Assembly (NCBI GenBank): GCA_046348685.1
Contig: JAXMDT010000006.1
Location: 2,395-66,394 of the forward strand
DNA: 64,000 bases
Source of the DNA: Rickettsiales bacterium
GTDB taxonomy: Bacteria > Pseudomonadota > Alphaproteobacteria > Rickettsiales > UBA998
Direction of reading: 5' to 3'
The number at the start of each line of letters is the position of its first letter. Position 1 is the first letter of the stretch. Under the pieces are notes generated by a model that worked only from the letters and a program-made list of their open reading frames with translations, did no database searches and was not told where the DNA came from. Both the position numbers and the translations under genes were made by a program. Shown here one piece after another: positions 1 through 8,773 of this stretch.

Positions 1-1
1 G

Positions 2-271
2 GCAAGGGACATACCGGCGCCGAGCAAAAATTTCGCCGAGCGCATCATTCTGGCCGCGCACAGCACGCCGCAGCGCCGTCCGCTCAGCGTCTGGAATTAT
101 ATCCGCGAGGCGTTCGCCGAGTGCCTGGTGCCGAAGCCCGCGTTCGTGCTGGCATCGATGCTGGCGTTAGGGCTGGTATTTGGTTTCAATGCCGCTAATA
201 TGCAGTCACCGGCGAAGACCAGCGTGCAGTATGTGCAGGATGCATGGAGCAATCAGGGGTGGGGCATATGA
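2..271 (+). CDS. C-terminal fragment of a single-pass membrane protein, possibly an anti-sigma factor (5' end outside the window)
   Basis: The frame-2 ORF is open from the window edge to TGA at 269-271. It has one hydrophobic span (AFVLASMLALGLVFGF). Its stop overlaps the next start (ATGA). The function is guessed only from shape and context. Confidence 0.35.
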   Translation, partial: ARDIPAPSKNFAERIILAAHSTPQRRPLSVWNYIREAFAECLVPKPAFVLASMLALGLVFGFNAANMQSPAKTSVQYVQDAWSNQGWGI

Positions 272-753
272 AGAAGATTCAGATCGTCATCGTTCTCTCG
301 CTCATCTTGAATATGGTGCTGGGCGGGATGCTTATTGGCATGAAAATGCACGATCGGCCTCACTCGCCGATGACGACGCTGAAAGTCTGGGGCAAGAACG
401 AGCTGCCCGCCGAAAAGCAGCAGGCGTTTAATGTCATGATGCAGAAGCTGGATACCGATACGCACGACCTCCGCCAGCAGGTGAAGGAAGCGCGGCGCGA
501 GATGCACCGCCAGCTGGCTGCAGAAACCTATGACAAAGCGGCGTACCTGAAAGCGGTCGATAATTTCCAGAAGCTGATGAAAGCGCAGATGCGCCAGTTC
601 GCCGGTTCGGTCGCGGATTTCGCGACGCAGCTTACACCGGAGGAACGCGCCTCGCTCGTCAAGATGCTGAGCCGCCGCCCACCGCCACCGGGTGAAAAAC
701 CGGCGGAGCAAAAGCCTGGCTCATCCGAACCTGCCAAGTCTGAAGCGCACTAG
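268..753 (+). CDS. periplasmic Spy/CpxP/ZraP-like (LTxxQ-type) stress or metal sensor protein
   Basis: I moved the start to ATG 268 (MKKIQIVIVLSLILNMVLGG signal/anchor). The body is helical and Q/K/E/R-rich with an LTPEE motif, followed by a Pro-rich tail. Confidence 0.5.
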   Translation: MKKIQIVIVLSLILNMVLGGMLIGMKMHDRPHSPMTTLKVWGKNELPAEKQQAFNVMMQKLDTDTHDLRQQVKEARREMHRQLAAETYDKAAYLKAVDNFQKLMKAQMRQFAGSVADFATQLTPEERASLVKMLSRRPPPPGEKPAEQKPGSSEPAKSEAH

Positions 754-3700
754 TTTTTAAGGCCTAGCTTTTTTTCCAGTTCTGGATCAAGGCTATAGAG
801 CGGAAGATCAACATGGCGCTGCAGATACGCGTCGAAATTACCGAGATTTGCTGCGTTATACATTTGCCGGTGCTCGATATCTTCCTGTGCAATCACCGCC
901 GATAAAATGGCCTGATTCATGATATAAACCGGAGGAAGTTGCGGCGTATCGGGTGTCCCAGGTATGCCAGGCGAAGGCGGCGCGGGCACACCAGGATCGG
1001 ACGGAACAGGAGTCGATCCCGTATTGAGAGAACCGCTGCCGCCGCCCGTTTTGACATCGCGTGAACTATTGAACGTGACGCCGGTTCCGGTCGTGCCGGT
1101 AAAATCGATATCGTAGAACGTGCGGGCAGGGCCGCTGAAGGTGATGGAGGCATTGGTGCCGGGAGCGCCGGTCTGGCTGCCCATAAGGTTGATCAGACCG
1201 TTCGGCCCGGTCTTGAATTCAACCGGTGCGTCCCACATGTGCTGATTGATGTTGATGAAACCACTGCTGTCGGCTCGCCCGATCACCAGGCTACCCGCAT
1301 CGATACTGTTTAAAAACGCTTCCGTCAGTTGCAGCGTGCCCGGAGCACCGGCGACGCCGATATCGGTCGATGTAGAGGTCGGCGCAACCGTCACTACGCC
1401 AGTCGTTTGAACAGTCACCAGATTGTTTGACATCGTATTGGTGTTGATCGTGATGTTGCCGGTCGATGTGTTTTTGCCGAGATAATTAGTCAGGTCACCC
1501 ATGGACGAAAATGCCGGAGCGATACCGTTGCTTGTCGCGTTGATCGCGATGTTGCCATCTCCCGTGGTCCACACTTCGGCTGGCACATCGGCAACACTCG
1601 TGGCATCGGATAACATATAAAATCCGTAATTACTGGCGCCCGATCCGGTGCCGCCTTTTCCAGTAATATCAATGTCGCCGTCGACGGAATGGATAAAGCC
1701 GGCAACTGCAATAACCACGCCATGATCATTATCCAGGCTGCTGCCCCCCGTACCCTTAATGGTGATGTTCGCTGCCGTCGGTCCCGTGCCGGTGGACTCC
1801 ACGCCTGCATATAAATTAAAGAGTACGCCGCGCGCACGGTCTTCTGTCCCTGTGCCGCCTGTTCCTTCCATCGTAATGTCCCCGTATCCCGAGCGGACAA
1901 CAGCGTAATCCTCCACGCGCAGTCCCACGGCGCTGTTGGTACCGGAACCGCCATATCCCTTCATTTCAATTTTTGCGGCATTAGCGGTTGTCCCTAAGGA
2001 TTCCACGACCACCTGATCCGTGACAATGATTCCAAAATTGTTGGCGCCAGGAGCATTGCCGCCTCTGCCTTCAATATAAATATCGCCATCAATAGAAGTG
2101 ATCGCTGTATCCTGATCATTCAGATGTACGCCTTGATTGGAACCGGTCGTGCTGGTTCCCGCAATTCCGGTCAGGCTGATTTTACCCGCTGACGCTCCGG
2201 TGCCCGCCGACGTAATTTTAGCACCTTGTATCACGCCGATGCCTAGAACGTTTCCCCCATTGGTTCCCGTGCCGCCGGTGCCGTGCAGGATAATATCGGC
2301 ATCCACCGTCGATATTTCCGTATTCGCATTCGTGAGATAGATGCCGCTTTGCGTATTTAAATCCGTGCCGCCGACTCCGGTTATCCGGATGTCGCCGACA
2401 ACGCCGGTTCCAGCAGAGCTTATTTTTGCGCCGGTGGCCATCACTACGCCGCGATCGCCATTGCTGGTACTTGTGCCGCCTTTACCATATACTGTGATTG
2501 CGCCGCTGGTAGTCGCAAGTTCGGTGCCGGCTCCGTCAAGTGAAACGCCGCGGTTGGTGCTCGTTCCGGTGCCGCCAAATCCTATCAGCTTCATGTTTCC
2601 CGACGTGCTCTGGATGGAAGAACCGCCTTCCATTCTGATTCCCATAAGGCTGGCAGAGGAAGTGGTTGCGCCCTGTCCAAGAATAGTAACGCTCCCGGCA
2701 CCGGTGGTAATATCGCTATTATTAATGCGTACGCCGCTGACCAAGGCGCTGGTGCCAAGCGCAAAGTGATCCGGCCTGCCATCATTCGCGGCTCCATCGT
2801 TCAGGACATTTCCTGCAGTATCTGTAATATCAAAACCGTCATCCGCGCCGCCGCCCACATAAAAATCACCGCCGTTGGTCGTGATATTCGTGTTTACAAG
2901 AGAAACAGCGCCGCCCTCCGTCGTATCATGCAATCCTGCATCCGCCCAGAAAACCGTATGCAGCTTGCCAGTGCCGGTAGCCGTGATGGTGTTATTGCCG
3001 GTTGAATTGATGTAGCTATCGGCTTTTAAGGTCAGCGTGACATCCGTGGCGGATGTACTGGTGATATCCGCCGTGCCTAACGTAATGACACCGCTTTGAG
3101 TGGTTCCGGTTGTTCCCGTGGTAATCGTCACGTTGTTTCCGGCCGAGAGGGCGACGCCTATGCTCTCAGCGCTGATGCGGTAACTATCGGAAGGAGCATT
3201 TACAACACCGCCTGTGCCCGGTACGTTATTCTCAGCACCTGGTTGCGCATTGTTCTGAATGGTGACATTGCGTGGATCGAGCAGCCATTCGCCCACCGTG
3301 CCCCATGCGGAGGAGGCGTCTGCAGAACCGGTGAGGCCAAGGTTAATTTTACCCGAGGTTTCGATATGGCCGCCATTGCCATCATTAGGCCCACCCTTGG
3401 CGAGGATGGTGCCGTCGAATTGCGTGGTCTCATCCGACCATACGGCAACGATACCGCCATTGCCATTATCCGTTGCGCTGGCATTGATACGTGCGCCGGT
3501 TTTCACCGTTGTATTTTTTGCATTCCTGATCGTGCCTTTACCCTGCCAGCCGCCACCGACCTTCACAATCCCGCCGCCGTCTTTGCCAGTCGCACGCAGT
3601 CGAGCATCGGTTTCGAGCGTGACATTGCGCGCGGTGACTTCGATCTTGCCGCCGAAGGTGAGCGCGCCGTTTTCTATTCTGGCATCGCTGGCATCGATAA

Positions 3701-4448
3701 TACCATCCACGTTCACGGTGCTGTCGACCAGGCTGGCGGCATCTGTGGCAGTCAATGCCACATACGAAGCTGCGATCGTGCCGGTATGTGTTATAGACGT
3801 TTCTTTTGCGGCATCGGTAACAGCGATAGATACCAATCCATCGCCGTAAAGATCCAACGTTGCCGTTTCTGCCCCAGCGAGTTGTGCCTTGCCAAGCTTG
3901 GCGGTGATGATGCCGTTGTTCTCGACGTTAGGCGCAAGTATCGCTACTAAGCCTGCGTCTTTTGCGGTGATGGAACCGTTCGCAATAATTTTTGCATCTG
4001 CATGACCCGGTATGGTCAGTTTAAGCGGCCCGTCCTGCAGGAATGCATCGTTACTGATATCTGCTGTCGTGGCGATAAGGCTACCGACATCGACCTTGGA
4101 ATTCTTGCTGAAGACCATGCCGCTTGGGTTGGAAAGGATCACCGTACCATTCGCCGTGATGCTGCCGAGAATCTGCGATGGATTCTGATCATGGATGCGG
4201 TTCAGTGTGATGGCACTGGTGGACGGCTGTTTGAAATCAACGCGCTCACCTGCACCAATGTTAAAACTATTCCAGTCAATCGCTGCGCGGTTCGTACTTT
4301 GCGTGACCGTCGTAATATTTGCTGTTTGCCCGATGATTGCGCTGCCTGCAGACACAGTCCCGCCCGCCGGTGCAGCCTGGACGGGAATGCAAGGCAGGCA
4401 GCACAATGCTGTCGAGGCAAGGAGCGTACGGTAAAAGAAGGACTGCAT
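750..4448 (-). CDS. TpsA-type filamentous haemagglutinin-like exoprotein (two-partner secretion passenger)
   Basis: A signal peptide is followed by a TPS/haemagglutination-activity domain (NRAAIDWNSFNIGAGERVDF...NRI...SQILGSITANGTVILSNPSGMVF). There are more than 8 tandem ~40-aa G-x-GG-(T/S) beta-helix repeats and a Pro-rich C-terminal region. Confidence 0.85.
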   Translation of the reverse strand: MQSFFYRTLLASTALCCLPCIPVQAAPAGGTVSAGSAIIGQTANITTVTQSTNRAAIDWNSFNIGAGERVDFKQPSTSAITLNRIHDQNPSQILGSITANGTVILSNPSGMVFSKNSKVDVGSLIATTADISNDAFLQDGPLKLTIPGHADAKIIANGSITAKDAGLVAILAPNVENNGIITAKLGKAQLAGAETATLDLYGDGLVSIAVTDAAKETSITHTGTIAASYVALTATDAASLVDSTVNVDGIIDASDARIENGALTFGGKIEVTARNVTLETDARLRATGKDGGGIVKVGGGWQGKGTIRNAKNTTVKTGARINASATDNGNGGIVAVWSDETTQFDGTILAKGGPNDGNGGHIETSGKINLGLTGSADASSAWGTVGEWLLDPRNVTIQNNAQPGAENNVPGTGGVVNAPSDSYRISAESIGVALSAGNNVTITTGTTGTTQSGVITLGTADITSTSATDVTLTLKADSYINSTGNNTITATGTGKLHTVFWADAGLHDTTEGGAVSLVNTNITTNGGDFYVGGGADDGFDITDTAGNVLNDGAANDGRPDHFALGTSALVSGVRINNSDITTGAGSVTILGQGATTSSASLMGIRMEGGSSIQSTSGNMKLIGFGGTGTSTNRGVSLDGAGTELATTSGAITVYGKGGTSTSNGDRGVVMATGAKISSAGTGVVGDIRITGVGGTDLNTQSGIYLTNANTEISTVDADIILHGTGGTGTNGGNVLGIGVIQGAKITSAGTGASAGKISLTGIAGTSTTGSNQGVHLNDQDTAITSIDGDIYIEGRGGNAPGANNFGIIVTDQVVVESLGTTANAAKIEMKGYGGSGTNSAVGLRVEDYAVVRSGYGDITMEGTGGTGTEDRARGVLFNLYAGVESTGTGPTAANITIKGTGGSSLDNDHGVVIAVAGFIHSVDGDIDITGKGGTGSGASNYGFYMLSDATSVADVPAEVWTTGDGNIAINATSNGIAPAFSSMGDLTNYLGKNTSTGNITINTNTMSNNLVTVQTTGVVTVAPTSTSTDIGVAGAPGTLQLTEAFLNSIDAGSLVIGRADSSGFININQHMWDAPVEFKTGPNGLINLMGSQTGAPGTNASITFSGPARTFYDIDFTGTTGTGVTFNSSRDVKTGGGSGSLNTGSTPVPSDPGVPAPPSPGIPGTPDTPQLPPVYIMNQAILSAVIAQEDIEHRQMYNAANLGNFDAYLQRHVDLPLYSLDPELEKKLGLKN

Positions 4449-4619
4449 GTCCTTGATATTACCAGACGTTTCTTAATAAAAAGGTATATGATATAAGCAT
4501 TTACCTTAAATATGATTTAGTCCGGCAAGCCATCGAAAAAAAAGAATATACGGCGGAGATTTTATACCATGTGGTCGTATCATGTGTGGGTCGGATGTCT
4601 GATCCGGAAAAGGATATGT

Positions 4620-5228
4620 ATGAAAACGTCTTTTGTTTTGATGATGGGATTGATCGGTGCGGCGCCTCTTGCCCTAGATGCGCATGCAGGAAATCATGTA
4701 TCGTTCGGCTATTCACAGTCGGTCACGACATACGACACGCCGCCGGTGGTTTATAACGCTCCGGCGCCAGTCGTCTATAATTCTGGGGTTCAGCCTTATT
4801 GCCGCGAATATAATGGCCAGGTGATTGTCGGCGGCCGCTACCAGCAAAGCTATGGCACAGCCTGCATGCAGCCGGATGGCGCGTGGCAGATTCAAACGCC
4901 GAATGGCGTCGGCACGCCGGTTGGCTATATCGCCCCTCCTGTCGTCCCCGCGCAGCCGGTTGGTTACTATTCGGGTACGACCTACTATCCGTCCACCTAT
5001 GGCGCGCCGACCTATTATACACCACCTGCTTATAACCGCTCATCGTTCAGCGTGTTTGTAGGGGGCAACGATTGGAACCGCGGGCATGGCTGGGGCGGAC
5101 GCAGCTTCAGAGGCCCGGACTGCGATGATAATCGTGGCTGGGGCGGGCATCGCGTCTACCGCGACGACTGGAACCGCGGGCATGGCTGGGGTCATGGCGG
5201 AAGGCACGGCGGCGGCCATTGGCGCTAA
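4620..5228 (+). CDS. secreted surface-antigen-like protein with a Gly/His/Trp/Arg-rich repeat tail
   Basis: ATG 4620 follows an AAGGA-like RBS. The signal peptide is MKTSFVLMMGLIGAAPLALDAHA. The core YCREYNGQ...GTACMQPDGAWQIQ resembles the COG4520-type surface antigen motif. The C-terminus carries DWNRGHGWG repeats. Confidence 0.5.
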   Translation: MKTSFVLMMGLIGAAPLALDAHAGNHVSFGYSQSVTTYDTPPVVYNAPAPVVYNSGVQPYCREYNGQVIVGGRYQQSYGTACMQPDGAWQIQTPNGVGTPVGYIAPPVVPAQPVGYYSGTTYYPSTYGAPTYYTPPAYNRSSFSVFVGGNDWNRGHGWGGRSFRGPDCDDNRGWGGHRVYRDDWNRGHGWGHGGRHGGGHWR

Positions 5229-5236
5229 TTAAATAA

Positions 5237-5358
5237 CCTTCTCCCTCATTGAGGGAGAAGGTAGGATGAGGGTGAAAGGCGTAAGCCTTTTTGAATCAAA
5301 CCGCTTACCCTCACCCGCTCGCAATGCTCGCACCCTTTCCCGCAATGCAGGAGAGGGT
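5237..5358. repeat. family A ('GEG-type') palindromic MITE-like element, ORF-less copy
   Basis: The left arm is ccttctccctcattgagggagaaggtaggatgagggtgaa. The right arm is ...ccctcaccc...accctttcccgcaatgcaggagagggt, in inverted orientation. The arm design matches the copies at 29682-29775 and 56989-57417. Confidence 0.7.
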
Positions 5359-5369
5359 TTTATTTGTCG

Positions 5370-5801
5370 CTATGCCTTCCTAAGTTTCTCCTGGAATTCC
5401 CGCGCGAGCTGATCGGCCCGTTCGTTCATGGGATTTCCATCATGGCCTTTCACCCAGTGCCAGCGCATTGTATGGCGCTGGGTGGCGGCCAGCAAACGCT
5501 CCCATAAATCGACGTTTTTCACTTTGCCTTTTTTCCAGTCGCTTTTGATCCAGCCGTGAATCCATTCGGTGATGCCGCGGCGAACATATTCGCTATCGGT
5601 ATAAAGATCGATCTCGCACGGCTCTTTCAAGCTTTCCAGCGCCATGATCGCCGCCATCAATTCCATGCGGTTGTTGGTGGTGGATTCCTCGCCGCCGCAT
5701 AAATCCTTTTCATGCTTGCCATAAATCAGCACCGCGCCCCAACCGCCGGGGCCAGGATTTCCGGAGCAGGCGCCGTCCGTGTAGATGGTGACGTGTTTCA
5801 T
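5370..5801 (-). CDS. rnhA: ribonuclease HI
   Basis: Motifs [20 protein letters not shown]...[11 protein letters not shown]...DSEYV...W.WVKGH.G...NERADQLA are present and the length is 143 aa. Confidence 0.95.
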   Translation of the reverse strand: MKHVTIYTDGACSGNPGPGGWGAVLIYGKHEKDLCGGEESTTNNRMELMAAIMALESLKEPCEIDLYTDSEYVRRGITEWIHGWIKSDWKKGKVKNVDLWERLLAATQRHTMRWHWVKGHDGNPMNERADQLAREFQEKLRKA

Positions 5802-5875
5802 AGTCGATAGTTGGTAGTCGTTAGTCGCTGGTGGAGCAATTATTTTATCGACTAACGACTAGGGACTATAGACTA
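5801..5875. repeat. family D ('TAGTCG') hairpin element exactly filling the thrB-rnhA spacer
   Basis: The arms are tagtcgatagttggtagtcgttagtcg (5801-5827) and cgactaacgactagggactatagacta (5849-5875). They match 23/27 as an inverted repeat. The terminal CTA is the thrB stop codon. Confidence 0.75.
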
Positions 5876-6835
5876 TAGTCCATACTCCCCCACACTTTTC
5901 ACGCGCTGGTGGAACTGCAATTTCTTCACATATTCCATCGGATTTTTGGGGGTGACGATGGCATTCGGGTCGTGGAAGACCATGTCGTGCGCCCGTGTCA
6001 GCAGGAAGCGCAGCGACGCGCCGCGTGCGAGCAGGGGCATGGCATCCATTTCCGCTTTGGTGAGGGGCTTTACCTGGTTATAGGCAGAGAGCAGCAATCC
6101 TGCTTTCGTGACGTTAAATTGCCCATGTTCGAAGCACCAGGCATTCATCGTGATGATAAGGTCGTAGATATAAAAATCCGTACAGGCGAAATAGAAATCG
6201 ATGAAGCCGGAGAGCGTACCATCACGATAGAACACGTTATCGGGAAATAGGTCGGCGTGGATCACCCCGCGCGGCAGATCGGTATCTTTCGGCCAATGCG
6301 CTTCGAGGTAGGCAAGTTCGTCCGCAATCATCGCTGCAAGCCCCGGCTGAATGTCATCCGCCCTGTTGCCGATTTTTTCAGTGAGCGTGTGCCAGCCTGA
6401 GACCGAAAGATCGTTGACGCGCGTGCCGGAAAATCCCTCCGATGTCAGATGCATCTTTGCCATCATCGCGCCAAGCGGTCGCATATGTTCGTTGCGAATC
6501 GCGGCCGGGCTTTTGCCTTCCAAAAACGTAACGATCGCCGCCTTCTTTTCGCCCAGCGCATAGGTGCTTTCGCCCGATGTCGTATGCAGCGGCAGCGGGC
6601 AGGGGATGCCATGTTCCGCGAGATGCTCCATGATGCCGAGGAAGAAGGGGATATCCTCCAGCCTCACGCGTTTTTCATAGATAGTTAAGATATATTTCGT
6701 TTCGCCGGTGGCGATCAGATAGTTGCTGTTTTCCACCCCTTCGGCGATGGCTTTTTTGTGCACAATTTTTCCCAGCGCATAGCTGTCAGCAATGCGCTGG
6801 ATATCGTCGTCGGTCAGGTGCGTGTAAACGGCCAT
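5873..6835 (-). CDS. thrB: homoserine kinase (type II, APH-fold ThrB)
   Basis: MAVYTHLTDDDI...GVENSNYLI...HADLFPDNVF...IDFYFAC is typical of the alphaproteobacterial ThrB family. The length is 320 aa. Confidence 0.85.
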   Translation of the reverse strand: MAVYTHLTDDDIQRIADSYALGKIVHKKAIAEGVENSNYLIATGETKYILTIYEKRVRLEDIPFFLGIMEHLAEHGIPCPLPLHTTSGESTYALGEKKAAIVTFLEGKSPAAIRNEHMRPLGAMMAKMHLTSEGFSGTRVNDLSVSGWHTLTEKIGNRADDIQPGLAAMIADELAYLEAHWPKDTDLPRGVIHADLFPDNVFYRDGTLSGFIDFYFACTDFYIYDLIITMNAWCFEHGQFNVTKAGLLLSAYNQVKPLTKAEMDAMPLLARGASLRFLLTRAHDMVFHDPNAIVTPKNPMEYVKKLQFHQRVKSVGEYGL

Positions 6836-6974
6836 GCACGACCCTTATGGGATTCGTGCATTTTTGTCACGCCTGATTCGCGTTCCAAAATCGGTTGACG
6901 CATGATATAATTGCGATTAAGCACAATAGATAACCCATAAAAAACGGTTCCCCGGCCAGCAAAGGAGAACACGC

Positions 6975-7613
6975 ATGTTTCGCCGCAAAGAAGATCTGCT
7001 TAACCCCGAAGAATACGATGCCGCCATCGATACAGGAGAAAAATCTATGTCCACCGCCACTGCACCCGCTCAACCCGCCGCCGCTAATACGAATGCCGCT
7101 CCCGCTGCATCGACGCCGGCAACCGCTCCGTCACCGTCCGCACCGGTAGGTCGCGCGCCGATGGCGCCCGCTACCCCGGCATTCCGTCCGCAAGGCGCGG
7201 GTATGGCGAAGCCGGGTGAAAACCGTGCATCCGCGCCGAGCGCGATTGCGAGCGGCAAGGGCAGCAAGCGTATACTGACGGTCGGTAACGACATCACCCT
7301 GAACGGTGAAATTGCCAGCTGCGATCGTATTGTGATCGAGGGCCGCGTCGATGCGATCCTGAAAGAAGTTCACACCGTGGAAATCGCCGAGAGCGGTTCC
7401 TTCAAAGGCAAAGCCGAAATCGAAGATGCAGAAATTTCCGGCGTGTTCGATGGCGAGCTCGTTGTGCGCAACCGCCTGACAATTTACTCCACCGGCAAAG
7501 TCCGCGGCAAAATCGCGTACGGTGAAATCGAGATCGAGCGCGGCGGTGAAATCACCGGCGAGATCGTCCACGGAGCAGCCGCCAGCGGTGCGAAGAAATC
7601 CGCTGCGGCATAA
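6975..7613 (+). CDS. bactofilin-family cytoskeletal protein
   Basis: An Ala/Pro-rich N-terminal tail precedes a bactofilin beta-helix core (ITLNGEIASCDRIVIEGRVDA...FKGKAEIEDAEISGVFDGELVV...GKVRGKIAYGEIEIERGGEITGEI). The start could instead be the internal ATG (MSTATAP). Confidence 0.85.
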   Translation: MFRRKEDLLNPEEYDAAIDTGEKSMSTATAPAQPAAANTNAAPAASTPATAPSPSAPVGRAPMAPATPAFRPQGAGMAKPGENRASAPSAIASGKGSKRILTVGNDITLNGEIASCDRIVIEGRVDAILKEVHTVEIAESGSFKGKAEIEDAEISGVFDGELVVRNRLTIYSTGKVRGKIAYGEIEIERGGEITGEIVHGAAASGAKKSAAA

Positions 7614-7620
7614 CTGACTT

Positions 7621-7672
7621 TGTCATCCCGGCCCCGTTCTTCAACGGGATAAACTCCGGCCGGGATCCACGT
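7621..7672. repeat. family C hairpin element (GTCATCCCGGC...GCCGGGATCCACG type)
   Basis: The sequence is tgtcatcccggccccgttcttcaacgggataaactccggccgggatccacg. It has the same termini as the copies at 24651, 58346 and 58764. Confidence 0.7.
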
Positions 7673-7681
7673 CTTATAAAT

Positions 7682-7716
7682 AAAAAAGGGAGCCAAACCT
7701 GGCTCCCTTTTTGTTT
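7682..7716. terminator. bidirectional rho-independent terminator
   Basis: An 8-bp stem gggagcca/tggctccc with loop aacc is flanked by an A-run and a T-run. It lies between convergent genes that end at 7613 and 7728. Confidence 0.75.
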
Positions 7717-7727
7717 TAGTATAAGAA

Positions 7728-8390
7728 TTATTTTGAGTTACCCTGTTTTTCTGCTCTACCTACGCATGTATTGAGACCGAATAATCCTGGCTCTAAATGG
7801 CCACCGTCTTTTATACACGCCACATCGCCACCTTTAGCGAGTGCTTCTGGGGCTTTACCGGCTGCACTCGCCGCACCTGCTATGCCATCGCGAGCCTTTG
7901 CAGCATATTCACCTAAAGTATCTGTTACGCGATCTTGAACAGCTGGCGTAGGCGTGTAAAACGATAAATCCACGCCTTTAACTGATTCAATTGCTCCGAG
8001 AAATTCGGGGGTACCAATCAAATGTTTTTGATCTGCTGAAATAACCGTATTTGGGTCAATGCCATTCGCTTTCGCAAATTCCGTTACGCCTGCCCGTGTT
8101 TTTGGTCCAACGGCACCTTGGCTTAAACCGAGTGCAGATTGTACTTCTTTCACTTCATTTGCGGTAAGTTCACGTGGCGCTTCTTCTCCGGTGATGGCAC
8201 GAAGAACAGAAGCTCCTGTTTCTTTTGCCTGATCATACCGACGAGCAGCTTCGTCTTTTAATTGCTGAGCGCGTCTATCGGCTTCTGCCTGTCCACCCGT
8301 AACTACGTCTTCGCCTTTTTGGAGCGCACCTGTTGGATCAGCTTTTTTAATTGCGCCCCAAAGTGCACCAAGTGGATTATCATCAGCCAT
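7728..8390 (-). CDS. hypothetical protein with a possible peptidoglycan-binding-like segment
   Basis: This 220-aa ORF has no signal peptide. The segment EVKEVQSALGLSQGAVGPKTRAGVTEFAKANGI resembles the PG_binding_1 pattern. The G+C is lower than the neighbours. Confidence 0.45.
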   Translation of the reverse strand: MADDNPLGALWGAIKKADPTGALQKGEDVVTGGQAEADRRAQQLKDEAARRYDQAKETGASVLRAITGEEAPRELTANEVKEVQSALGLSQGAVGPKTRAGVTEFAKANGIDPNTVISADQKHLIGTPEFLGAIESVKGVDLSFYTPTPAVQDRVTDTLGEYAAKARDGIAGAASAAGKAPEALAKGGDVACIKDGGHLEPGLFGLNTCVGRAEKQGNSK

Positions 8391-8698
8391 AATTTCCCCC
8401 TAAAATTAATACTAAATTAGTTATACTTAATGTTTGTGACGGTATGATGACGGGATTGAAAATATTTAAACATATGAAGTAATTCCATAATATTGGAATT
8501 ATGGTATTTGCGAATAGTCCCTTCCGGGAGATAATTTACTCATTATCATGAATTCTGACGTTGTTCCTGTCGCTCGCCCGGGCAGCAATGGATTTGGCAC
8601 GGCGTCAATGCAGCGTGAGGTCTCACCTGATCTCGCGCTGCCTGCCTTAACACGGCAGGTGGCGTGGGATAAATTTTTGAACGTTCCTATAAAACCAT

Positions 8699-8718
8699 AT
8701 CCCGCATTATTGCGGGAT
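8699..8718 (-). terminator. putative terminator hairpin downstream of ppdK
   Basis: The palindrome atcccgca-ttat-tgcgggat is followed on the minus strand by ..GGTTTTAT. Confidence 0.45.
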
Positions 8719-8773
8719 CGCTAGACCCCGCAACGAGTGCGGCGCACGTCTGAATCTTAGGTTCAGGCCATTT

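Noticed and set aside
253-711. Long antisense or alternative-frame ORFs inside GC-rich genes. Examples are 253-711, 3096-3950, 3259-3849, 10253-10891, 12431-13114, 14527-15249, 16372-17049, 19779-20507, 21518-22351, 26395-27174, 27602-28483, 32466-33500, 44391-45347, 56565-57227 and 61610-62878.
   Set aside because: Each lies opposite, or out of frame with, an ORF that has clear family signatures. Their products are Arg/Ala/His-rich low-complexity strings, as expected from GC-rich antisense reading. None has an RBS or recognisable motifs.
8548-8724. The 58-codon ORF in the ppdK downstream gap, considered as a real gene.
   Set aside because: It has no RBS and no recognisable motif, and it runs through a terminator hairpin. 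I keep it only as a note within the finding on the gap.
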